DNA of 64,000 nt. It comes from a virus (lineage: Duplodnaviria > Caudoviricetes). The DNA is taken from the IMG/VR virus record IMGVR_UViG_3300028887_000078; one strand, 5' to 3'. Positions 28,860 to 36,215 of the stretch are shown piece after piece. Under the pieces are notes generated by a model that did no database searches, had not been told where the DNA came from, and saw only the letters and a list, made by a program, of their open reading frames with translations. The position numbers and the translations under genes are program-made. The first letter of the stretch is position 1. Every line of letters begins with the position of its first letter.

Positions 28860-29828
28860 ATGGGAGTTAATGATATGGGAGAGCGCAATTTAGTAAAAAG
28901 TCCACTCAACTACACCGGCGGCAAATACAGACTTCTTCCGCAGATTCGGCGTTTGTTTCCGAAAGGCATAAGCACATTCATAGACCTTTTTTGCGGAGGC
29001 GGGGATGTTGCCATAAACACAGATTCGAGACGGGTTGTTGCCAATGACATAAACGAAAGTGTATTCGGATTGCTTTCTATGTTTTATGAAACTGAAACAG
29101 ACTATGTGTTCTTAAAAACACAACAACTGATAAGACAATACGGTCTGTCCGATGTGTCCGAAAACGGATATGCTTATTATGGATGTGAAAGCGGTTCGGG
29201 ACTTGGCAAATACAACAGCGAGCGTTATAACAAGATGAGGTCTGACTTCAATAGCACGGACAATAAGGACACCGATTATTGGATTATGCTATACGTCATC
29301 ATACTTTTCTCGTTTAACAACCAAATAAGGTTTAACAGTGACGGGCATTTCAATATGCCTGTCGGAAAGCGCGATTTCAACAAAAATGCAAAAGACAAAC
29401 TTTTCGCTTTTATGAACCGTATAAAAGCGATAGACCTGACCTTGACAAACAAGGACTTCCGAATGTTTGATATGAGTTCGCTTTGTTCTGACGATTTTGT
29501 GTATTGCGACCCGCCGTACCTCATAACCTGTGCGACATACAATGAGAATGGCGGATGGACGCAGAAAGATGATGACGACCTCTATGATATTCTCGACACA
29601 CTCGACAGGAAAGGGATACGGTTCGCTATGTCGAATGTCTTTGAAAACAAAGGCAAGGTCAACCAAACACTAATCAAATGGTCTGCCAAATACAATGTGG
29701 CACATCTTGGCAAAAGTTACCATAATTGCAATTACCATTCTCTTGACAAATCGGAGAACTCCACCGATGAAGTTATGATAATGAATTACAGTATTGAAGA
29801 CAAACCAAAAAAATTTGAACTTTTCTGA
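28860..29828 (+). CDS. D12-class (Dam-like) N6-adenine DNA methyltransferase
   Basis: SPLNYTGGK, DLFCGGG, RFN..G.FN.P.G, YCDPPY. Confidence 0.92.
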   Translation: MGVNDMGERNLVKSPLNYTGGKYRLLPQIRRLFPKGISTFIDLFCGGGDVAINTDSRRVVANDINESVFGLLSMFYETETDYVFLKTQQLIRQYGLSDVSENGYAYYGCESGSGLGKYNSERYNKMRSDFNSTDNKDTDYWIMLYVIILFSFNNQIRFNSDGHFNMPVGKRDFNKNAKDKLFAFMNRIKAIDLTLTNKDFRMFDMSSLCSDDFVYCDPPYLITCATYNENGGWTQKDDDDLYDILDTLDRKGIRFAMSNVFENKGKVNQTLIKWSAKYNVAHLGKSYHNCNYHSLDKSENSTDEVMIMNYSIEDKPKKFELF

Positions 29829-29847
29829 AATGCAGGGGGTATGACGA

Positions 29848-29908
29848 TTTATAAGTCAAATAACTTATAAACTGCATTTATAAGTCGATTCGCTTATAAA
29901 TGCCGTTT
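29848..29908. repeat. Tandem palindromes between convergent genes
   Basis: TTTATAAGT..ACTTATAAA and GCATTTATAAG..CTTATAAATGC. Confidence 0.65.
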
Positions 29909-29930
29909 GCTTTATCCGATTTGGTGTGTT

Positions 29931-30293
29931 TCAGTATGGAAACAAGGAACCCCCGTACAGCGTCTGCCCTGTGTTCAGTTCGCGGTATCTGCTCCCTGAC
30001 ACCGTTGTCTCGCCGTTGTACCATACCAGATTGTTTTTGTTGTCAGGGCGGTTTGTCAGGCGATACCTGTACACGACGTGGTATTTGGACTCTGATGCAC
30101 GACCGCCAACCAAATGCCAAGTACTGCCAATGTCTTCATACTTATCCGTGATAACATATTCGTATCTTGGTGTGCCGTACTTTTTGTCAAGCATCTTGTC
30201 GTGGATGAGCGCATAGATGAATCCTGCGATAAGTGCAAATGTACCAACGATATATGCTGCTTTAGTTATAATGTCTTTGATTTTTCCGCTCAT
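29931..30293 (-). CDS. Membrane-anchored hypothetical protein
   Basis: N-terminal transmembrane helix followed by a beta-rich domain. Confidence 0.7.
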   Translation of the reverse strand: MSGKIKDIITKAAYIVGTFALIAGFIYALIHDKMLDKKYGTPRYEYVITDKYEDIGSTWHLVGGRASESKYHVVYRYRLTNRPDNKNNLVWYNGETTVSGSRYRELNTGQTLYGGSLFPY

Positions 30294-30320
30294 TGTATTT
30301 GTTTTTTGTTGTTGGAGAAT

Positions 30321-30659
30321 TTATTTCACTGTGTCTTTGTCTGCGTGACAGGGGCAGTCGGGGTCGTGGACAACGCCGCTGTTGCCTCCGTGTGTCGCCC
30401 AGATTTTGAATTGGATGTACTTGTGACCGCCGTACTCGAAGTGTCTGACTGCATTTACCTGTCCGCGTTCACCCGATATGTAGTGCGTTTTTGTATAGAC
30501 ACACTGTGATTCATCTTTCGATACGGTTTCGGAGTTCACAGCGTTGCTTTCACAAGATTGCGAACAGGACGAACGGGGAGAAAAGACAATTACGATTACT
30601 GTTCCAATGACCGTAATCAACATTAAAAATCCAACTAAACCGAAAACTAACTTTTTCAT
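30321..30659 (-). CDS. Membrane-anchored protein with HDPDCPC motif
   Basis: N-terminal transmembrane helix; FEY.GHKYI.F...VVHDPDCPC. Confidence 0.7.
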   Translation of the reverse strand: MKKLVFGLVGFLMLITVIGTVIVIVFSPRSSCSQSCESNAVNSETVSKDESQCVYTKTHYISGERGQVNAVRHFEYGGHKYIQFKIWATHGGNSGVVHDPDCPCHADKDTVK

Positions 30660-30688
30660 AATACTTTGTTTTTTAATTATTGTTGTTT

Positions 30689-31159
30689 TTAATCGAATAT
30701 TTTAACGTATTCAAACGATTTTCTTATGGTTTCAAGCAGCAACTTGTCGGTTAAAACGAGCATATCGTTTGTGAACGGGATGCTGTAATTGTTTCCTTGA
30801 CCGCAATTATATCCATAATTGCCTCCCATATTACAAGCATTCAGTTGATTATAAAAACGTATAATAGGGTAATAAATGCCATTTGTTTTACACCCATTAT
30901 CTGACTCGAAGACGCCAAGTTCCACGCCGTTGTATCCGAATACGCCAACGCGTGCTCTTTCTGGTTTCCACCAAGATTCGCCCATTCTCGGTGGACAAAT
31001 ATATATGTATGTTCCACATAATTGTATCCTGCCGAGATTGTTGGCGTAGCCATTGAAACATTGAACCCAATTACTTTTGAAGTCTTCGATTTCATTTGTG
31101 TTCATTTCTTTTTTGAAACTTCCAAATGAAGTGATTATATCGTTTTCTATGTTTTCCAT
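30689..31159 (-). CDS. Hypothetical early protein
   Basis: AT-rich 156-aa ORF with the same AAAAACAAA leader as its neighbours. Confidence 0.7.
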   Translation of the reverse strand: MENIENDIITSFGSFKKEMNTNEIEDFKSNWVQCFNGYANNLGRIQLCGTYIYICPPRMGESWWKPERARVGVFGYNGVELGVFESDNGCKTNGIYYPIIRFYNQLNACNMGGNYGYNCGQGNNYSIPFTNDMLVLTDKLLLETIRKSFEYVKIFD

Positions 31160-31195
31160 AATGCTTTGTTTTTAATGGTTAATGATTCTTCTTTT

Positions 31196-31261
31196 TTACC
31201 GTACGACCAATTTGACGATTGTTGCGATTGTCGTGAATGTTGCCAAAACTAACTTTTTCAT
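31196..31261 (-). CDS. 21-aa peptide MKKLVLATFTTIATIVKLVVR (not in ORF track)
   Basis: First ORF after the host-type promoter; same leader, and same first 17 nt as the gene at 30659. Confidence 0.45.
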   Translation of the reverse strand: MKKLVLATFTTIATIVKLVVR

Positions 31262-31305
31262 ATCTCTTTGTTTTTTGTGGTTATTGTTACTTTGTTTTTA
31301 CGCAG

Positions 31306-31339
31306 CAAAGATATACACAATAACAATACAAATGACAAA
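31306..31339 (-). promoter_or_regulatory. Bacteroidota sigma-A type promoter
   Basis: -7 box TATCTTTG (TAnnTTTG) at 31313-31306; TTTG boxes 15 and 22 nt upstream. Confidence 0.65.
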
Positions 31340-31457
31340 AAAGTTGAAATTTTTTCCTACTATAAATCAATTACTTATGAAAAAAGTTTCAAAAAACAAC
31401 AAAAAATTCCCCGATTTTTCGGAGCATTTTTCATATTTCTGCAAATTTCCGCATTCT

Positions 31458-32402
31458 TCACTTGTTCTGCGGTTCGTTGTAACCGGGCGTTTTTATCACA
31501 TAGTCCACGTCCTTGTCCGTGTTGGACATAATGTTCGTGTTCGGCATATCGTGTGTCGGTTCGACATTTCCTCCGATGCCGCCGTCGGGGGTTTCCTCCG
31601 CAACTTTGTCGATGTCGGTGTTGTAGTCCACCTCCCCTATGTGGAATTTTGTTATCAGACCGTTCGGGTACAGACCCACGTTTCCGTACTCGTCGGAGCG
31701 CAGGGTCATAACGGTGCCTTTCGTTCCCTTGACCATATCGGCGATTTCATCGTAGAGTATGCCGTGCTCGAACACGGGCATAAAACTCTTGACCTCTATG
31801 TTGAATGTGATTTTGTATTCTTTCTGCGCATCCATTTGGAAGTCTATCGGTCTTTCCTGACTGTAGTCCGTAGGCAGGGTGTATGACGATTGGACGTGCA
31901 TCATACCCAAGTCCACATAAAAGATGTTCACCGAATACAGTTTGGACATAATGGATTCCGTCACCTTCAGCATTTCGAGTTGCGACGAACAGACCATCGT
32001 GCAGGAGAACGACATATTGAGCGGCAGGAAGCAGCATCGCAGGAAGAAGGTCTTGAGTTCGCCTTCAACCTCGTGGACGAACCTCGCCTGCGTGAACTTG
32101 TTCATCTGACTTGAGGTGTCTATCGAAATGGTGTCTATGTTGAGAACCCCTCTCGGCACTTTCTCGTAGTCGCCTATCGCCTTGCCGTTGTCTATCGCGT
32201 CGTATTGGAACTCGTCCTTCAGAAAACGCTCGCTTCCTGTTATGGAGTACATAAAGGGTATGACGACCTTTTCGGACGTGCCGTCGGCAAGGTGTTGGTA
32301 TATGTAGATTTTGTCCTTCAGTTCCGCGAGAAGCGCAACTATGACGTACCTCAACACGCTGTTGTCGTAGTTCTTTGTCTGATTGTATGTGGTCGGTTCC
32401 AT
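31458..32402 (-). CDS. Tail sheath stabilizer/terminator (T4 gp15-like)
   Basis: R..IVALL..L, V.IPF.Y....ERFL, VPR, P.N.SF...M.......L...E.I; start placed at ATG 32402. Confidence 0.7.
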   Translation of the reverse strand: MEPTTYNQTKNYDNSVLRYVIVALLAELKDKIYIYQHLADGTSEKVVIPFMYSITGSERFLKDEFQYDAIDNGKAIGDYEKVPRGVLNIDTISIDTSSQMNKFTQARFVHEVEGELKTFFLRCCFLPLNMSFSCTMVCSSQLEMLKVTESIMSKLYSVNIFYVDLGMMHVQSSYTLPTDYSQERPIDFQMDAQKEYKITFNIEVKSFMPVFEHGILYDEIADMVKGTKGTVMTLRSDEYGNVGLYPNGLITKFHIGEVDYNTDIDKVAEETPDGGIGGNVEPTHDMPNTNIMSNTDKDVDYVIKTPGYNEPQNK

Positions 32403-32407
32403 ATCGC

Positions 32408-32431
32408 GATATATCAATGATATATTTATAT
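32408..32431 (-). promoter_or_regulatory. Late promoter fused to a GATATATC box
   Basis: Minus strand reads TATAAATATATC ATT GATATATC GC, the same geometry as 51803-51827. Confidence 0.75.
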
Positions 32432-32532
32432 ATAATGAAATAAGAATATAGAATGTTTTTCACATTTTTTCAAAGGATGTGCAAAAAACATCTCTTTTTT
32501 TATTATATTCAATAAACGACAAAATAAAGTTT

Positions 32533-33651
32533 ATGGCAAAAAATTATGTATTCAAGAAGAAAGCGCTGAAAATGACAACCCTGCGAATCGTGTTCGACGC
32601 GGGGTCGAGACTTGAATTGGACGGCAGATACGGGACGATGCACCTTATGGAGCATTTAATCTGCAAGACGTTCAAGGACTTGTATCCACAACTCTCCAAA
32701 CTCGGCATCGGGTGGAACGCCTACACGTCGAGCGAGCAGGTGGAGGTGTATTTCAGCGGTCTCGACAAATACCTCACCGCCGACCTCAAGGAGGAACTTT
32801 TCAAGAGGATTACAGGAGGGTTGAAATCCGTTACGAAGAAGGAGTTTGAAAGCGAGCGCAACGTTGTGTGCCAAGAGTATATGGACTGCGTGTTCGACTC
32901 CGACTACGCAAGCACAATGAACGTGCTGCGCAGATGGTTCGGCGAGTATCTCGCAATCGGGAAACTTGAGGACATCCAAAAGTTCACCCACAAGGATATG
33001 GTCGAGGTCTATGAAAAGCATTTCAGAAAACCCGCCCGCATTGTCGAGGTCGGACGAGCAAAGACCAAGTTCTTCGAGTCCGTCGAGTTCAAGGAAGTCG
33101 AAAAGACGAACAAGCACGAGCATTTCAGAAACCACAGGAGCGAAACTTTCGTGAACATCGCGTCGGACGACAAGACGCCTGTGTTCGGCATTGCAAAGAA
33201 AATGGTGTCTGCGAAGGACTACCCGTACTTGAGCGTCGGACTCGATATGCTCACCTACGGTCTTGAGTCACCGTTCTATATCGAACTGCGGGAGAAACTC
33301 GGTCTCACCTACTATGTGCAGTCCGCAATCCATTCCTACATCAACAGGGGGATAGTCATTCTGAAGGCGTGTACGGGCAGCGACCGCGCCGATGAACTCA
33401 TCTCAAAGATGAAGGGGTTGATTGCGAATGCAAAGAGTATGCTGACGGAAGAACGGTTCGAGACGGTTATGTCTAACCTGAAAATCAGCAGGGAAAAGGC
33501 GGACGCCGTCCTTTACAGCAACTGCGGGAGATACTCCACAATCTCGAAGATGAAGTTTCCGAACAACCTCGACAAGATTGACTATGGCAAGGTTGTAAAT
33601 GTGACAATGAAATACCTTTCGGGAATGGTCGTGCTGACGGCGAAAGACTGA
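32533..33651 (+). CDS. M16 (insulinase-family) zinc peptidase
   Basis: G..HLMEHL (HxxEH), NAYTS, E..VV.QE, LREKLGLTY. Confidence 0.93.
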   Translation: MAKNYVFKKKALKMTTLRIVFDAGSRLELDGRYGTMHLMEHLICKTFKDLYPQLSKLGIGWNAYTSSEQVEVYFSGLDKYLTADLKEELFKRITGGLKSVTKKEFESERNVVCQEYMDCVFDSDYASTMNVLRRWFGEYLAIGKLEDIQKFTHKDMVEVYEKHFRKPARIVEVGRAKTKFFESVEFKEVEKTNKHEHFRNHRSETFVNIASDDKTPVFGIAKKMVSAKDYPYLSVGLDMLTYGLESPFYIELREKLGLTYYVQSAIHSYINRGIVILKACTGSDRADELISKMKGLIANAKSMLTEERFETVMSNLKISREKADAVLYSNCGRYSTISKMKFPNNLDKIDYGKVVNVTMKYLSGMVVLTAKD

Positions 33652-33656
33652 TGCGC

Positions 33657-33728
33657 GGTTCCATAGTTCAATGGATAGAACATCGGTCTTCTAAACCGAC
33701 AATTCAGGTTCGATTCCTGATGGAACTA
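33657..33728 (+). tRNA. tRNA-Arg(TCT), CCA not encoded
   Basis: Acceptor GGTTCCA/TGGAACT, anticodon arm TCGGT-CTTCTAA-ACCGA, T-loop TTCGATT. Confidence 0.93.
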
Positions 33729-33735
33729 CAAAAAA

Positions 33736-33819
33736 GCACCGGTAGAACGTAATTGGAAGCGTCCCTCTCTCCTAAAGAGGTGTCTTATGACCTTGTGGGT
33801 TCGAGTCCCATCCGGTGTT
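33736..33819 (+). tRNA. tRNA-Arg(CCT) with extended variable region, CCA not encoded
   Basis: Acceptor GCACCGG/CCGGTGT, anticodon arm CCTCT-CTCCTAA-AGAGG, 14-nt variable region, T-arm GTGGG-TTCGAGT-CCCAT. Confidence 0.85.
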
Positions 33820-33830
33820 CTAAAACCAAT

Positions 33831-34106
33831 TCACAAATCAAGTTTTTTCATCAATTTCTTGACAATGCCTTCGAGTTTGAAATTCGCACGTTTGAAATGC
33901 AGGACGCTCTCTTTGAGTTCCTCTATTTTCCTGCGTAGAAACGAATTTTCCTCTATGGACTTTTGGCGCATATATTCGGCGCCTTCTATGAACGCTTGTG
34001 AATATATCAGTTCTGGTTTTGCGTCCTGTGGTGGTCTGTTGTTGTTGCGGGATTTCTTCGCCGCACGTATAAGCGATTCTGTTGTGATGTTCTTGACCGC
34101 TTTCAT
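33831..34106 (-). CDS. Basic hypothetical protein
   Basis: Start MKAVKN at 34106, behind TATAAATA (34129-34136, minus). Confidence 0.6.
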   Translation of the reverse strand: MKAVKNITTESLIRAAKKSRNNNRPPQDAKPELIYSQAFIEGAEYMRQKSIEENSFLRRKIEELKESVLHFKRANFKLEGIVKKLMKKLDL

Positions 34107-34142
34107 AGTTTTGGGATTGTTCCAATAGTATTTATACGCAAA

Positions 34143-35669
34143 ATGGAGAATACTGAAAACACAAACAAACACTTGTTGCTGAATGAGATATACACTCTGA
34201 TATATGACATTCACAACCACGGCGCCCCGTTCCATTACAGCGATTTGTTTGCAACGGCGCTGCTGTGGATGTATGACAATCTCGAAAGGGATGATTTCGA
34301 CATATTGTTCGACTTCCTTTACGGCGTTTCCCTGTTTGAAGGCAGGTCGCTGACAAAACAGTTCGACGTGATATTCAACAGACGCAAGTCGTATCCTATG
34401 TACGAACATACAAACTCCTGTTTCCTGAAACAATATGGACTTGAATCACGGGATTATGAAAGGGGTATGCGAAAGAGTATGATTATTCCGTTCAAGCATT
34501 TCAGATTGGACAAAAACTGTCTTTTTGAAAGTATGCTGAACAACTGCGTTATGGAACGTGGGACTTCTGACAAACTGTTTTCCGCATACAGGAACCTGTG
34601 CAACAAATACAAGGGATTTGAAGCGTGTTGCGAAGACAAGGATTCGCTGTTGAATATATGCGGTGTGCCTGAAAGATACAGGAAAGTGTGTCCAGCTTCG
34701 TCGGAAACCCTGTATCGGATGGTGAAGTTCTATGACGCCTATGGGAGGGTCAGCGGTACTGTCACAGACCTCAACCACATATCGGTTTACAAATGCGATG
34801 ACTTTGGCGGTATGTTTTCCTCGACCAACCATTTCCTAAACACAGACGCTGAAGGCAAGAACAAGATATTCAGGTTCATAAATCGGACGAAGTGGGTGTA
34901 TGACATAGGCACTTGGGACGTCTCCCACGTTAAAGATATGAGAAATGTGTTCAGGTATGCCGATTACATACCAAAATGTATTTCACGATGGAATGTCGAA
35001 AACGTCGGTTCGTTTTCAGGTGCGTTCAGGGGGGTTAAAAGGATTCCCGACATTTCTTCGTGGAACACGCAGAACTGTTTCGATATGTGCGAGATGTTTC
35101 ACAGTGCGGACAACATTCCGGACATTTCCAAATGGTTTGTCGGAAATGTTCATCAGATGGCATATATGTTCTACAATACAGGATATATTCCAGATATATC
35201 TATGTGGGACGTCTCTAACGTGTATGCTATGGAATTTATGTTCTCCAACTCAAGGCTGACTGCGGACTTGTCCCGTTGGAATGTTTCCAATGTGACGTCT
35301 TTTCTCGGTATGTTCAAAAACTCCATATTTGCAGTTGACACTGATTTCACCGATTGGAACGTGTCGCAGGCGGTGGAGTTCAGCGGTATGTTCCAAAACT
35401 CAAGCGGTCACCTTTGGGTTGAATGTTCAACAAAAGGCAGGCGTTCGGGATTGAGCGGTATGCTGCGCAACTGCGTTCCGATTTTCATAGACATTTCCGC
35501 TTGGGATGTCTCTGGCGCGATGTATATGGACAGTATGTTCGAGGGGTCAGACTTCGCCACCGACTTGTCGAGGTGGAATGTATCGAACGTCAAATATGCA
35601 AAGCGATTTGACGTCAACTGCGAATGCAGTCATAAAAATCCGTTTTTCAACGAAGGTACCTGTTTATAA
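34143..35669 (+). CDS. DUF285/BspA-like repeat protein with a long unique N-terminal domain
   Basis: About 8 degenerate DIS.W.V..V..M..MF repeats in the C-terminal half. Confidence 0.85.
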   Translation: MENTENTNKHLLLNEIYTLIYDIHNHGAPFHYSDLFATALLWMYDNLERDDFDILFDFLYGVSLFEGRSLTKQFDVIFNRRKSYPMYEHTNSCFLKQYGLESRDYERGMRKSMIIPFKHFRLDKNCLFESMLNNCVMERGTSDKLFSAYRNLCNKYKGFEACCEDKDSLLNICGVPERYRKVCPASSETLYRMVKFYDAYGRVSGTVTDLNHISVYKCDDFGGMFSSTNHFLNTDAEGKNKIFRFINRTKWVYDIGTWDVSHVKDMRNVFRYADYIPKCISRWNVENVGSFSGAFRGVKRIPDISSWNTQNCFDMCEMFHSADNIPDISKWFVGNVHQMAYMFYNTGYIPDISMWDVSNVYAMEFMFSNSRLTADLSRWNVSNVTSFLGMFKNSIFAVDTDFTDWNVSQAVEFSGMFQNSSGHLWVECSTKGRRSGLSGMLRNCVPIFIDISAWDVSGAMYMDSMFEGSDFATDLSRWNVSNVKYAKRFDVNCECSHKNPFFNEGTCL

Positions 35670-35694
35670 ATAATGGAAATATAAATTTGAAACT

Positions 35695-35907
35695 ATGGCA
35701 CACATAAAGACTATCAACGAAATGGAGAATTTCAAAAACAACATTTCAATCGACCTTCAGGTCGACGACTATTTTATGGCGGAGTCGTTGTTCGACATCG
35801 CCGAGCGCATTGAAAACGACGACCTGCTCGACGACCTTTATGAGAGTCCGAAAAAGGAGATTTTTGTAGAAGGCGAACATTACAACGCAATAATCAGGAA
35901 AAAATAA
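35695..35907 (+). CDS. Small acidic late protein with propeptide-like leader
   Basis: MAHIKTINE; TATAAATA at 35665. Confidence 0.65.
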   Translation: MAHIKTINEMENFKNNISIDLQVDDYFMAESLFDIAERIENDDLLDDLYESPKKEIFVEGEHYNAIIRKK

Positions 35908-35930
35908 AACATAAAACCGATTGCATAAAA

Positions 35931-35962
35931 AAAAGGCGGGAAATCCCCGCCTTTCTTTTTTT
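35931..35962. terminator. Bidirectional terminator
   Basis: A-run, AGGCGGG/CCCGCCT stem, T-run. Confidence 0.75.
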
Positions 35963-35974
35963 CAGCAAAACCAA

Positions 35975-36139
35975 TTATTTGATGGTGTCGCATACGGCAA
36001 CGCTGTCAATGGCAACGCTGTCGACAGCAACTGTGTCGGTTGCAACCGTGTCGGTTGCCTCAACTTCGGTTTCAACCGTCTTGCTCGTGCAGGCGCAGAA
36101 CATTGCGCACACAAACATAATCAAAAAAAGTTTTTTCAT
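35975..36139 (-). CDS. 54-aa lipoprotein with five D-(S/T)-(V/I) sequons (not in ORF track)
   Basis: MKKLFLIMFVCAMFCAC-TSKTVETEVEATDTVATDTVAVDSVAIDSVAVCDTIK; late promoter at 36200-36207 and a terminator downstream. Confidence 0.8.
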   Translation of the reverse strand: MKKLFLIMFVCAMFCACTSKTVETEVEATDTVATDTVAVDSVAIDSVAVCDTIK

Positions 36140-36215
36140 AGTTCTGATTTTTATTTGTTTTTTAGTCGGTTCCCATAATTGGGTCGCTTTGTTGGGTTAT
36201 ATTTATATTATTTGT

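Noticed and set aside
31182-31886. 234-aa plus-strand ORF
   Set aside because: Spans an AT-rich promoter region and the antisense of gp15; composition is not protein-like.
33736-33819. AGG codon reassignment by the long-arm tRNA
   Set aside because: AGG encodes conserved Arg positions (e.g. RLYPN in both TnpBs), so global recoding is not supported.
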